Notes: generated by a model from the letters alone, not told the origin. A stretch of 64,000 bases of DNA from an uncultured Acidobacteriota bacterium (GCA_963838705.1 CAWIRU010000009.1:737921-801920); one strand, 5' to 3'; shown: positions 30,321 to 40,396, counted from the first letter of the stretch. A program made the numbers and translations.

Positions 30321-30842
30321 TTACGTGGTCAGCTTCTTCAAATCCTCCACGAGGTTCGAAATTCCCTGACTAAAGTTCTTTTTCCACGTCGCTTCCCGGA
30401 AGGCGCCCTCCACCGGCTCCGTGAGCGTCCAAAGCGTGAAATGGGTCTTGGCATCGAGAATGGCCAAATTCAAGAGCGCTCCGTAACTTGCTACTTTGCC
30501 GCAATCCGTCAGCGGAGCGGTGAATCGAATCTCCATCACCAAATCAGCATCCGCGGGAGCGCCGACGAGATTGTATCGCCCCCACGCCTTCATCGCAGCG
30601 TACAGCTCGTCGTAGGGTTGTTGGGGGTCTCCCGCTTTCGTGACAGCGGTAAGCGCCATGCCATCCACTCCTGCGTTCGAAATAAATACTTTCTTCCCGC
30701 TGATGATTTGCACCGGCACCGGCGCTGTTGGGGCTCCTGTTGCCTGTTGAGCCTGCGAAGCCGGAATCGATGCAAGCACAACCGCAAAAACCGCACAACC
30801 GATCCCCAGTTTGAAGATTTTCAACATGACTTTCCTCCTCAT
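30321..30842 (-). CDS. Small secreted hypothetical protein
   Basis: Signal peptide MLKIFKLGIGCAVFAVVLASIPASQAQQ. No recognisable domain. Confidence 0.5.
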   Translation of the reverse strand: MRRKVMLKIFKLGIGCAVFAVVLASIPASQAQQATGAPTAPVPVQIISGKKVFISNAGVDGMALTAVTKAGDPQQPYDELYAAMKAWGRYNLVGAPADADLVMEIRFTAPLTDCGKVASYGALLNLAILDAKTHFTLWTLTEPVEGAFREATWKKNFSQGISNLVEDLKKLTT

Positions 30843-31037
30843 TCCACTCGAACACGCGGTGCGAACAACTCCGCAGTCCGAACATTATGACCTTGAGCTA
30901 CTCACACACGGGAGCTTTCAGGGATTCGACGCTCCATCATTTAATGCCGTTACGAGATCCGGGAAAACGACGCCGCGAGTTTTCGTCGTGCCTCGGCTTG
31001 ACACCGCGCAATCGCGAGGCGCAGCATAATCTCAATC

Positions 31038-32948
31038 ATGGAGGCAGCTGCCATGTTATTTGGAGTTTCAATTACCCATTGGATTCAACTTCTGATCGTG
31101 CTGGCGGTTTTGTACGTAATCCTGTCCTTTCGCCGCGTGGGCCCTTCTGAAGTCGGACTGGTACTCAAGCGCTTTTCTTTCCGGAAACTCTCCGAGGACA
31201 ATCCCGTCGCGTTCCACGGCGAAGCGGGCTATCAAGCCGACCTTCTGATGCCCGGCCTGCGCTGGAAGCCGTGGCTCGTTTACGACGTTCAAAATTATCC
31301 GTGGGTACAGGTGCCCGCCGGTGAAATCGGCGTCGTCATTGCACAAGTGGGCTCGCCCCTTCCCATCGGCGCAAAATCCGCCGTGTATCGAAAGGCGTTT
31401 GGGAATTTCAGCGATCTGCGCTCGATTGCGACGGGAGGAGGGCAAAAAGGCGTCCAGCGGCCCGTGTTCCCTCCCGGCACACTCGCGCCAATCCATCCCG
31501 TCGCATTTCTCGTTATCACGAAGAGCCAGGTATTTGGCCTTCCGCTCTCGCCCGATCTGCGCGCAAAGACCGGAAAGAATGGACGGCTCACGCCAGACGC
31601 GGTGGGACTCCGCCCGCAGCAACTCGAGCTCGTTCGGATCGAACCGCAGCCATGTGCGAAGGACGCAGCGATGCTCGACATGGTCGGCATCGTCACCACG
31701 TTCGAAGGCGATCCCCTGCCCTCGGGCGATATCGCCAGCCGCCTCGGCGGATTTGCCGACCTCGACAAACTGGAAAAGGGCGGCGCCACTGACGGCGACA
31801 TCATCGAAATCCTCCTCGGCAACAAAAACAATCTTCACAACAACTATCAGGATTTTCAGGCGTTCCTCGACAATGGCGGCCGCATCGGCCTTCAGCACGA
31901 TCCATTGCTTTACGGCGCCTACGCCCTGAATCCATTTCTTGTCACCGTCGAACTCGTGTGGATGCTGGTTGTCCAGCAAGGGCAGACTGCCGTCATCAAG
32001 GCCTACGTTGGATTGCCCACGCAGGACACGTCCGGTGCCGACTTCAAATTCGGCTCGCTTGTTCGGCCCGGGCATCGCGGCATCTGGCAGGAAGCGCTAC
32101 GCACCGGCAAATATCCGTTAAATCCGCGCTGCTATCAGGCCGAAATCGTTCCCACGTCCATCCTGACGCTGAACTGGGCCGACGCCGTCTCACAGGCGCA
32201 CAATCTCGACGCCCAGCTTTCGCAAATCGTCGCGAAGAGCAACGAAGGCTTCGTTTTCAAGATCGATCTTCAAGTGCAAATTCACGTGCCCGACACAAAC
32301 GCGCCGCGCGTCATCTCCATGGTCGGCACGATGCTGAATCTTGTGAATGAAGTCCTGCAGGCCGCCGTCGGAAATCATTTCCGCGACAAGCTTCAAAGCA
32401 TGCCCGCAATACGGTTCATCGAAACTCGCCAGCAGGTGCAGGAAGAAGCGTTCGAGCACATCAAGGAACAGCTCGAGCAGTACCGTGTCGAGACGCGCGG
32501 CGTTTACATCCAGGATGTGATTCTGCCGGAAGACCTCGTGACGGTCCTCACCCAGCGCGAAATCGCCAATCAGGAAATCGAAACCTATCGCAAGCAGCGC
32601 GCCTCGCAGGATGAGCGCATCGCAATGGAAAACGCCAAGGGCACGGCCGAAATGCAGGCCGACCTCGCCAAATCGAAAGTGGGCGTGGACATCAAGACGA
32701 ACGACGCCAATGCGCGTGCCGAGGAAGCTCGCGGCGAAGCCGAGTATATTCGCCAAACCGGTACCGCGAAGGGCGCAGAGGTCGAAGCTGTTGGTCTCGC
32801 GCGCGCGCGGCTACGAGGCGCAGGTGCGCGCGCTTGGTTCGAACGCGACCGCGCTCGTCAATGTCATCACCGCGCTCTCCGAAGGCGGCTCGAAATTCGT
32901 CCCGGACATTCTGGTGACGAGCAGTTCGAACGGCGGTGGTGCGCTTGA
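31038..32948 (+). CDS. SPFH / flotillin-like (band-7) protein. The reading frame is broken inside a (CG)6 tract at 32798-32809, and the conserved flotillin C-terminus continues in another frame to 33093.
   Basis: N-terminal TM helix plus SPFH domain. Flotillin-like coiled-coil/EA-rich region (IETYRKQRASQDERIAMENAKGTAEMQADLAKSKVGVDIKTNDANARAEEARGEAEYIRQTGTAKGAEVEAVGLA). The rest of the family's C-terminus (RGYEAQVRALGSNATALVNVITALSEGGSKFVPDILV...) is encoded in the ORF 32611-33093 in a different frame. Confidence 0.65.
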   Translation: MEAAAMLFGVSITHWIQLLIVLAVLYVILSFRRVGPSEVGLVLKRFSFRKLSEDNPVAFHGEAGYQADLLMPGLRWKPWLVYDVQNYPWVQVPAGEIGVVIAQVGSPLPIGAKSAVYRKAFGNFSDLRSIATGGGQKGVQRPVFPPGTLAPIHPVAFLVITKSQVFGLPLSPDLRAKTGKNGRLTPDAVGLRPQQLELVRIEPQPCAKDAAMLDMVGIVTTFEGDPLPSGDIASRLGGFADLDKLEKGGATDGDIIEILLGNKNNLHNNYQDFQAFLDNGGRIGLQHDPLLYGAYALNPFLVTVELVWMLVVQQGQTAVIKAYVGLPTQDTSGADFKFGSLVRPGHRGIWQEALRTGKYPLNPRCYQAEIVPTSILTLNWADAVSQAHNLDAQLSQIVAKSNEGFVFKIDLQVQIHVPDTNAPRVISMVGTMLNLVNEVLQAAVGNHFRDKLQSMPAIRFIETRQQVQEEAFEHIKEQLEQYRVETRGVYIQDVILPEDLVTVLTQREIANQEIETYRKQRASQDERIAMENAKGTAEMQADLAKSKVGVDIKTNDANARAEEARGEAEYIRQTGTAKGAEVEAVGLARARLRGAGARAWFERDRARQCHHRALRRRLEIRPGHSGDEQFERRWCA

Positions 32949-33137
32949 TGGCCTCGCTGCAACGGCGATGCGGTATCTCGCTGGCGGCGGCAATGGCGGC
33001 GCAACCGCAAAGCCAGCCGAGTCAAAACCTAGCGCTCCCGCGGCAGCTGCGCCAGCCGCCGCTTTGCCCAAGCCTGGCCTGGACAAGCCCTAGCTCGAGC
33101 ACCGCGCGGAAGCGCAGCCCGCGCACTTGTCCGCTGG

Positions 33138-33599
33138 CTACTTAACCTGCAACGACTTGATATAGTTCACCAAACTGGATATCCGGACGTACATAATCCC
33201 TTGATCCGAATCCATTGACCTAAACAAGGGGCCCCACACCGGCATATCCGCGTCGCCGTGTGCCGGCGACTTCACGCCGTTCCGCAGCACAGTGGCCACA
33301 TAGCTGTCGGGAAATTTCCCGTCGTGCCGCTTCGCCAGCGTCGTCAAGTCCGCCGGTGCCTGTTTCAACGCCGACGCTGCCGGCCCGTCTCCCTTCGCAT
33401 CCGCGCCGTGGCACACCGCACAGTAGGCCTTGAACATGCTGGCGCCCGAAAGCGGCGCTGTCTGGTTGCTCGATTCCTTCTTCGCCTGCTTATCCTGTGC
33501 GAACGCAGTCTCGCCAAAACTCAATAGCATTCCGATCAACGTCACAATTCCAACGTGAAATCTGGTTCTCCGACTTTTCGCAAATTGCAGCATGGCCAA
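33138..33599 (-). CDS. Monoheme class I c-type cytochrome
   Basis: Signal peptide. Single CxxCH (CAVCHG). Distal Met region DADMPVWG. Confidence 0.8.
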   Translation of the reverse strand: MAMLQFAKSRRTRFHVGIVTLIGMLLSFGETAFAQDKQAKKESSNQTAPLSGASMFKAYCAVCHGADAKGDGPAASALKQAPADLTTLAKRHDGKFPDSYVATVLRNGVKSPAHGDADMPVWGPLFRSMDSDQGIMYVRISSLVNYIKSLQVK

Positions 33600-33815
33600 T
33601 CTCCCACCAATTCTTCCTGTTGTGTCTTTTGCAACTCCGCTCGGTGCCCCCGTCTATGACAGGAATCACTCGGGTATACGCCCGCGTCCCCTGCGCACTC
33701 ACCGTGTCCATTCGAGCACCCCAAGTGTCTCGACCACAGATTTCAAGTCCGCAAGACGCCTCAACATCGTGGGACGAATTGCACATCCACATCTACTACG
33801 CCGCTTTTTCACGAC

Positions 33816-34772
33816 CTATTTTTGCGGCGGGTAGAATGTGAGGTACATGTAGGCATCGGCGGCTTCGTCTGCGCTCAAGTAGCTGAACACCGGCATTCTG
33901 CCCCTGTAAAGCATCGGCGGAGTGCCCATCAGGATCGGCGCTCCAATCGTCACTTTTCGCACAAAATCCGGCATGCTCACCCGCGTCGTAAGTGTCCCGA
34001 GTGGCGGAATCGTCCCGTCCAGTATTTGCTGCGGACTCGGATTGGGACCGGTCGCGCTATGGCAAACGTGGCACGTAGATTTCACAATCCGCTCCCCCAC
34101 ACGGTGAGACGATTCCTTTACCGCAATCTGATTCTTTTCCGCCCCCGGTACGCCGGAAAGTTGTTCGAGGTAAGCGAGCAGCGAGCGAATCTCTGCCTCG
34201 CTCAAGCTGGGTGGCGGCATGCTTTCCCCTCCGTTGTGAAGCCGCTCCAGCAACAGAACTCTGGATTCTTTCGCCGTGGCGACCACATCCGCCCGGCTCA
34301 TCTCCCGCCCGGCCTTCTTCATTCGTGCCAACGTAAACTCAACAGATGTCGCCTGGACCGGGCCGATTACCGAGTTTATTTCCGGAGGAGCGCCGAGCCC
34401 CGACTCTCCGTGGCATCCCCGGCAATTCAGCCGATACAAGTCCGCGCCACGAAGTGTTACGAATTGCGCGCCAAAGCTCGGCGACAATTCCAATCGCCAA
34501 CGTGGCGCTTCTTCCCCGGGCACGGGTGGCGGCGGCCCCAATTCCCATGTCTTCCCCATGCTCGTCTCGTTGAACGGCCTGTTTAGCTGACCGAGCAAGC
34601 TCTCGCCTTCGACAGGCGTGACCGCATTATCGTCGCTCGCGCCGTGCGCCTGGCCCAACAGCGATGATGCGAGCAGGAAAATCGCTGCCAGGCTTATCAA
34701 CTGCGCCGTGCCACCATGCTTCCGGCCAAAGACGGCGCGAAACGCGCCGTCCAATGATCGAATTTCATGCAC
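33816..34772 (-). CDS. Diheme c-type cytochrome
   Basis: Signal peptide. Two CxxCH motifs (CRGCHG, CHVCHS). Confidence 0.8.
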   Translation of the reverse strand: MHEIRSLDGAFRAVFGRKHGGTAQLISLAAIFLLASSLLGQAHGASDDNAVTPVEGESLLGQLNRPFNETSMGKTWELGPPPPVPGEEAPRWRLELSPSFGAQFVTLRGADLYRLNCRGCHGESGLGAPPEINSVIGPVQATSVEFTLARMKKAGREMSRADVVATAKESRVLLLERLHNGGESMPPPSLSEAEIRSLLAYLEQLSGVPGAEKNQIAVKESSHRVGERIVKSTCHVCHSATGPNPSPQQILDGTIPPLGTLTTRVSMPDFVRKVTIGAPILMGTPPMLYRGRMPVFSYLSADEAADAYMYLTFYPPQK

Positions 34773-34837
34773 GGAATTTCGCCTTTCAGTCGCCTGAATT
34801 CGGGAACAATTTCACGCGCACGATCGCGCCCGCTTCG

Positions 34838-35446
34838 CTACTTCTTCACGACGAGCTCGACGTTGACCGCGCCGTCGGTAACGGTTATCTCCTGCGTTGT
34901 TGGTTTGCCGTCCTCGCTCCACGTTTTCAATGTGTACTTGCCGGCCGGCACATTTTTGATCTCAAAAGTGCCGCTGGGGCTAGTAAGAGCGAAGTAAGGC
35001 GTGGGGACCACCACAACGTAGCCAACCATCTCCGGATGCATATTACAGAGGAGTTGTGCCGTGCCGACGTCGTCGAATTCGAACGATTTTTTTTGTCCCG
35101 GAGATACGATAGTCAAATTATGCGCCAGTCTTTTATTCCCATTGATGGATGGCCAGTAGACGTTATGTGCGACTTTGTCGCTGTTCAGAAAATCCACTGT
35201 CGTTCCTCGCATCACAACTGTGACATGAGGCACGAAGTTCATATTTCGCTGATCCGCCGGCACGTGCTGCGCTGGCGCGTCAAATTTCTTTCCCGGCACG
35301 GCGTCAATGTAAACCGCAATGTTCTCTGCCGATTTCAATCCCTCCGTCGAAACCTTTCCCTTTACATCTCCTGCCCACGCGTTACTCGCAAAGAAAAACG
35401 CGCCGAAAAAAATGGCAATAAAAGCTGCTCGCCCGCAACGGATCAT
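34838..35446 (-). CDS. Secreted cupredoxin (amicyanin-like type-1 copper site) fused to a CarbopepD_reg-like beta-sandwich. Paralog of 57692-58417.
   Basis: Signal peptide MIRCGRAAFIAIFFGAFFFASNAWA. Cu ligands H (VAHNVYWP) and C-x2-H-x2-M (LCNMHPEM). C-terminal GTFEIKNVPAGKYTLKTW beta-sandwich. Start trimmed to M37 of the ORF. Confidence 0.65.
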   Translation of the reverse strand: MIRCGRAAFIAIFFGAFFFASNAWAGDVKGKVSTEGLKSAENIAVYIDAVPGKKFDAPAQHVPADQRNMNFVPHVTVVMRGTTVDFLNSDKVAHNVYWPSINGNKRLAHNLTIVSPGQKKSFEFDDVGTAQLLCNMHPEMVGYVVVVPTPYFALTSPSGTFEIKNVPAGKYTLKTWSEDGKPTTQEITVTDGAVNVELVVKK

Positions 35447-35621
35447 CCTGAATCTCCTCAAAGTTTTTTCAGGGCGCAATGGACCCCGAATTCTGGAAAC
35501 AATCCCGCGATACAGATGGAGGATGAACTCGCCGGCAAATCGGTGCCGTGACACGCGTCACGGCAAGTTGTGACAAGTGTCACACTTGCGGGGGCCGTCC
35601 CGGCATTCGACCGTGCGCCAG

Positions 35622-36635
35622 CTAGAGGGGACGATCCGGGTAGATTGCTTTCGGAAACCGAAGATGAATGAGGAGTGCGCAAAACAGCAGAACGAAAAAC
35701 GCTACGACGCTGCCCTCGGGCCCAGCCGATCCGCCCGTGAGCCAATTCGGCCCGTGCACCGAAGTGTTCAGCAAACGCCCGGTGCCAAGCAGCCCGCTGT
35801 CGGGCGTACCGTAGAAAAAAGTTTCCGCCCAGTCCCAAGCCGCGTGAAAGCCGACGGCGAACCACAGAGTCCCTGTTCGCCGGATCATCAGGCAGAAGAT
35901 TAAACCGGACACAACGACCTGCAAAATGCCGAGGACGTTCTCGCCGGGATTAGGTAAATGGGCCGCGCCGAACAGGATTGACAGGAATATCGCCGCCGGC
36001 CAGAAGCGCATGCGTCTCGAAAACGAGAAGAGCAGGTAGCCGCGAAACCCAAACTCTTCGCTGATGGCAACGGCAAGAAATACGGCGCCCCATCCAATCG
36101 CGGATCGCAGAGCCGCTGCGCCCGCGAGCGCCACCGAGTCAATTCGAAATCCACCGGCCGCGCGAATCACCAGCAGAATCGCGGAAAGCATCGCGAATCC
36201 CCACGCCAGTCCTTCCCAAAATCGCCAGCCGAGCGCCTGGCTCAGAGGCATGCCGTAATCGTCAAGCGGGCGTTTCTCGATCCGCGACACGATCCATGTC
36301 GCCAAGAGAACCGCAAACGCCAGGATGGCTTTGAGCGGCAGTTCGCTCCGCACCGAGAAGACTGAACTTTTCAGATCCCCCTGCAGGTGCAGCGCATAAA
36401 TAAAAATCCCCGGCAGAATGAACGCGATTCCAACGAAGAGGAACAGTCGGAGACGATCGATGCGTCCCCATGGCGCGCGCCGCTCCGGATTTACCGCGCT
36501 CGCCGGATCCGAGCCGCTGGCCGCCGCTCGCTCGCCTTGCAAATCTCTTTTCGGATCGGAATCAGATTCTCTAGGCAAAGGCTTGCCTCCTTGATCGTGA
36601 AGAAGCATGCGCCAGCCGAGGCGACAATGCGCCAT
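35622..36635 (-). CDS. CPBP-family (CAAX) intramembrane metalloprotease
   Basis: EEFGFRGYLL (motif 1), FGAAHLPN (motif 2) and HAAWDW (motif 3) in a multi-TM protein. Confidence 0.75.
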   Translation of the reverse strand: MAHCRLGWRMLLHDQGGKPLPRESDSDPKRDLQGERAAASGSDPASAVNPERRAPWGRIDRLRLFLFVGIAFILPGIFIYALHLQGDLKSSVFSVRSELPLKAILAFAVLLATWIVSRIEKRPLDDYGMPLSQALGWRFWEGLAWGFAMLSAILLVIRAAGGFRIDSVALAGAAALRSAIGWGAVFLAVAISEEFGFRGYLLFSFSRRMRFWPAAIFLSILFGAAHLPNPGENVLGILQVVVSGLIFCLMIRRTGTLWFAVGFHAAWDWAETFFYGTPDSGLLGTGRLLNTSVHGPNWLTGGSAGPEGSVVAFFVLLFCALLIHLRFPKAIYPDRPL

Positions 36636-36911
36636 TGAATCAGAAAATCACCCCTTTGGGAAAGGAAACCAAGTCGACCGAGCGCCATTTCTCTTGCCCT
36701 CGATGAGCTCCCAAATGTCATTCTGAGGAGGACCCGACGAGGGTCCGACGAAGAATCTGCGTTTCTCCCCAGGCAATCGATCGCGCGCCGCCGGCGATCT
36801 GAACTCTTGTAAATAAATCCTCTGCTCCACTCGCCACAACGCCTATTCGGCGATCGCCGCGGAAACACAATGATTGCCGAAGAGCATGACCTTGTGATGA
36901 AATCCACTCAC

Positions 36912-38399
36912 ATGAATCGTCGAGATTTTCTTCGAATGTCTGCGTTTGCCTCCGCCGCTCTTCTTCGTTTGCCGCTCGCCCTTGCCGAAGAGAGTTCTAC
37001 GGTTTCGGTTCGAGTCTCCCTCCGTCCGGACCGTGTTGGCGAAAAGCTCCCCGGCGATTTCACCGGCCTGAGTTATGAGTCGGCGCAGCTTGGGAATCCG
37101 CGGTTTTTCTCCGGCGATAATTCGGAGCTGGTCGGTTTTGTGCAACGCCTCGGTAATTCAGGCGTCCTGCGAATTGGCGGCAACACCAGCGAATACTGCG
37201 ATTGGACTCCGAATCCCGGAGCAAAGCCGGGGACTCAAGACTCTTCCCCGGCTGGACGGGCACTCGCTGTTGGCCCCGATACGGGACAAAAAGCTCCCCC
37301 GCGCGTGAACATTGAGCCGCTGGCCATCCGCAATTTGCGCGACTTTCTCGATGCCACTGGTTGGACTCTGATTTACGGGCTGAATATGGGCACGGGAACG
37401 CCCGAAGTGGCGGCCGCGGAAGCTGCCTACGTCATGGATGTGGCCGGCTCGAAGCTGCGTGCATTTCAACTTTGCAACGAGCCCGATCTGTTCTTCCGCA
37501 ATGGAATTCGCAAGCCGGGTTACGATTTCGGCCAATTCGCGGCGGAGTGGCAACATTCTTTCCAAACGATTCGCGCTCGCGTTCCGAGCGCTCCTTTTGC
37601 CGGGCCCGACACCGCTTACAACAACGACTGGCTCGTTCCCTTCGTGAAGCGCTTCAAAAACGACGCACGTTTCATTTCGCAGCATTACTACGCCGAGGGC
37701 CCGCCGTCTGATCCTTCCATGACGATCGAGCGGCTCCTGCAGCCGAATCCCAAATGGCACGACGAGCTCGAAGGGATGAAGCGCGTCGTGCGTGAATCTG
37801 GCCTCTCCTTCCGCCTCGCGGAAACGAATTCCTGCTACGGCGGAGGCAAGCAAGGCGTGAGCGATACTTTTGCTTCGGCGCTCTGGGGTGGCGACTTGAT
37901 GTTCCAGTTGGCATCCGAGGGTGGGATGGGAATCAACTTTCATGGCGGCGGGCACGGCTGGTACACGCCAATTTCCGGAACGCGCGAGGACGGCTTCCTC
38001 GCGCGGCCAATCTTTTATGGGATGCTGCTATTTGCGCAGGCCGGCGCCGGTCAACTTGTCGAGACCAAACTCGAAGGCCACCACGACGCCCCTCTGCTGA
38101 CGGCGTACGGTCTCCGCGCCGATAACGGAGCTCTCAAAATTGCAGTCTTCAATAAAAATCTCGACCGGCGGGTTCGCCTCACCATCGACGCGGGAGAGCG
38201 CGTGGAATCAGCAACCTCGCTTTCGCTTCACGCCCCGCACGCGAACGACACGGCGGGTGTCACCTTCGGCGGCGCGCCAGTCGGCGCAAACGGCTCATGG
38301 TCACCAGCTCGCGAAGGAAAGCTCTCGCTTCAGAATGGAACGCTGCTCGTCGAACTACCCGCAGCATCCGCCGCATTAATCACTTTCGCCCGAGAATAA
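36912..38399 (+). CDS. Secreted glycoside hydrolase, GH79-like (beta-glucuronidase/heparanase-type), with a Tat-like signal
   Basis: MNRRDFLRMSAFASAALL twin-arginine-like signal. FTGLSYE and LRIGGNTSE motifs typical of GH79-family TIM barrels. C-terminal beta-sandwich. Confidence 0.6.
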   Translation: MNRRDFLRMSAFASAALLRLPLALAEESSTVSVRVSLRPDRVGEKLPGDFTGLSYESAQLGNPRFFSGDNSELVGFVQRLGNSGVLRIGGNTSEYCDWTPNPGAKPGTQDSSPAGRALAVGPDTGQKAPPRVNIEPLAIRNLRDFLDATGWTLIYGLNMGTGTPEVAAAEAAYVMDVAGSKLRAFQLCNEPDLFFRNGIRKPGYDFGQFAAEWQHSFQTIRARVPSAPFAGPDTAYNNDWLVPFVKRFKNDARFISQHYYAEGPPSDPSMTIERLLQPNPKWHDELEGMKRVVRESGLSFRLAETNSCYGGGKQGVSDTFASALWGGDLMFQLASEGGMGINFHGGGHGWYTPISGTREDGFLARPIFYGMLLFAQAGAGQLVETKLEGHHDAPLLTAYGLRADNGALKIAVFNKNLDRRVRLTIDAGERVESATSLSLHAPHANDTAGVTFGGAPVGANGSWSPAREGKLSLQNGTLLVELPAASAALITFARE

Positions 38400-38732
38400 G
38401 CTCTGGGCCTCAGCTCGGCATCTGCCCTTTGCGCCACTCATCTCTCGTTCGTTGCCCGCGAACTCGGAGGCAGGGGCCTCCGGGCTCTGAACGCATTTCC
38501 AGCAGCACTATCTCGATCCAGAGCCCCGAGTCCCGCGCCTCGACGATTCAGGTACCCAACCGATCGCGCGGCATCGCATTTGTAGCGCCGGGCTTCAGCC
38601 CGGCATCTGCCCCTTGCGCCTTTCATCTCTCGTACGTTGCCCGCGAGCCCGCAGCAAGCAGCGTCCCCTCGGCCCAAACACGGCGCCGCGGTTCCGCTCG
38701 TCACTCGTCACTTGTCACTCGTCACTCTGCCC
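38400..38732. repeat. Repeat-dense intergenic region. An about 50-bp element (ggcatctgccc[ct]ttgcgcc...tcatctctcgt[ta]cgttgcccgcga) appears twice, at about 38413 and about 38595. There is one copy of the GAGGCAGGGGCCTC REP-like element (38466-38494), a gccgggcttcagcccggc hairpin (38580-38597; a similar one lies at 17588-17607), and the reverse-orientation heptamer array (38697-38732).
   Basis: Read directly. Confidence 0.6.
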
Positions 38733-38794
38733 ATCGTCCCCCGGTTGACCGAAAACGCCCCTGCGCATAAACTCCCAACCGGCGAGGTGCTCTT

Positions 38795-40396
38795 ATGCGA
38801 GTTCGCGCGATCCTGATTCTCTGTTGTCTTTCGATTTTCATTCCTTCCAGGCTCTGGGCGCAGGAAGACGAAGAGCATCATCACCACGGCGACAACGAAA
38901 AGCTCGGCACTGTAATCTTCCCCACCTCGTGCTCGCCCGACGCGCAAAAATCTTTCGAGCACGCCGTCGCACTTCTTCATTCCTTCCAATACACCGCTTC
39001 CGAAAACGCTTTCGTAGCCGTCGCCGCATCCGACAAGCACTGCGCGATGGCCCACTGGGGCGAAGCGATGGCGCTCTATCACCAACTCTGGGACGAACCC
39101 AAAGCCAACGTCGTGAAAGAGGGCCACAACGATCTCAAGCAGGCGCTCAAGATCAAGGCGCGCACCGAGCGCGAAACCGATTTCATCAATGCGGCTTTGC
39201 TCTTCTATGACACCAACAAGAAACTCAATCACGACACGCGCACGCGCCGCTATTCCGACGCGATGGGAAAAATGTACGAGAAATATCCGGACGACACCGA
39301 AGTCGCCGCGTTCTACGCGCTCTCGCTGCTCACCTGGGATCCGCCCGACGACAAGAACTACGCGAATCGCCGCAAAGCTATCGCCGTCCTGAACAAACTT
39401 TACGCCACGAATCCGGATCATCCTGGCGCCGCGCATTATTTGATTCATTCCGCCGATCGCCCCGAGCTCGCTCCTCTCGCGCTCGATGCCGCTCGCCGCT
39501 ACGCAGAGATCGCGCCGGGTTCTTCTCACGCGATTCACATGCCGTCGCACATTTTTTCGCGCCTCGGTCTGTGGCAAGAGTCGATCGCGTCGAATACGGC
39601 AGCCGCCGCAGCAGCCATACGTGAAATCAACGCGCATCAGGCTGAAGCTCACTACGCATTTCATCCCATGGATTTCTTGCAGTACGCGTACCTCCAAATC
39701 GGCAGAGAGAAAGATGCGTGGAAGGTAATCGAGGATTTGGACGCAGTCCCCGATGCGGAACCCGGAACTCTCGCCGAGGTCAAAGCGTTCTTCACCGCGC
39801 GCTATTACCTCGAACTGCACGATTGGGCGCACGCCGCCGCGCTTCCTGTTCCTTCCATTCTGAAGCCGCGCGATCGGATTGACTCCTACTGGGCGCAGAC
39901 GATTGGCGCTGCTCGCATGGGCGATGCCGCGGCCGCCGCCAAAGCATTCGAGAATTACAAATCCGTGGACGATGGGAACGGCGTTTACCGCGTGCCGAAG
40001 CCCGGTGAAGTCTCGGTCGAACGTCAGGAAGTGAACGCATGGGCCGATTACGCGGCCGGCAAAAAAGAAGACGCGGTACGAGAGATCCGCGCCGCCGCGG
40101 ATCAGGAAGATGCCGACGCGCCCGAAACCGCTCTGATGCCAGCGCGCGAAATGCTTGGCGATATGCTCCTTGAAATGAACCGGCCCGCCGACGCTCTCGT
40201 CGAATACGAGAAAAATCAGAAGGAATCGCCGAATCGCTTCGACGGTCTCTACGGCGCCGCGCACGCCGCCGAGCTGGCCGGAAAACCCGAACAGGCTTCC
40301 GGCTACTATTCCCAACTCTTGAAGATTTGCGATGGCGGCGCGCACTCCGATCGCCCCGAGCTCGCGCACGCCAAAACGTTGCTCGCCACCAAATGA
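38795..40396 (+). CDS. Secreted tetratricopeptide-repeat protein with a short His-rich stretch after the signal peptide
   Basis: Signal peptide MRVRAILILCCLSIFIPSRLWAQ. HHHH stretch. Multiple TPR-like A/Y/L-rich helical repeats throughout. Confidence 0.7.
   Translation: MRVRAILILCCLSIFIPSRLWAQEDEEHHHHGDNEKLGTVIFPTSCSPDAQKSFEHAVALLHSFQYTASENAFVAVAASDKHCAMAHWGEAMALYHQLWDEPKANVVKEGHNDLKQALKIKARTERETDFINAALLFYDTNKKLNHDTRTRRYSDAMGKMYEKYPDDTEVAAFYALSLLTWDPPDDKNYANRRKAIAVLNKLYATNPDHPGAAHYLIHSADRPELAPLALDAARRYAEIAPGSSHAIHMPSHIFSRLGLWQESIASNTAAAAAAIREINAHQAEAHYAFHPMDFLQYAYLQIGREKDAWKVIEDLDAVPDAEPGTLAEVKAFFTARYYLELHDWAHAAALPVPSILKPRDRIDSYWAQTIGAARMGDAAAAAKAFENYKSVDDGNGVYRVPKPGEVSVERQEVNAWADYAAGKKEDAVREIRAAADQEDADAPETALMPAREMLGDMLLEMNRPADALVEYEKNQKESPNRFDGLYGAAHAAELAGKPEQASGYYSQLLKICDGGAHSDRPELAHAKTLLATK

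Noticed and set aside
31038-33093. Calling the flotillin-like gene a definite pseudogene
   Set aside because: The frameshift is in a (CG)6 run, which is prone to sequencing or assembly error. Reported as a CDS with a noted frame break instead.
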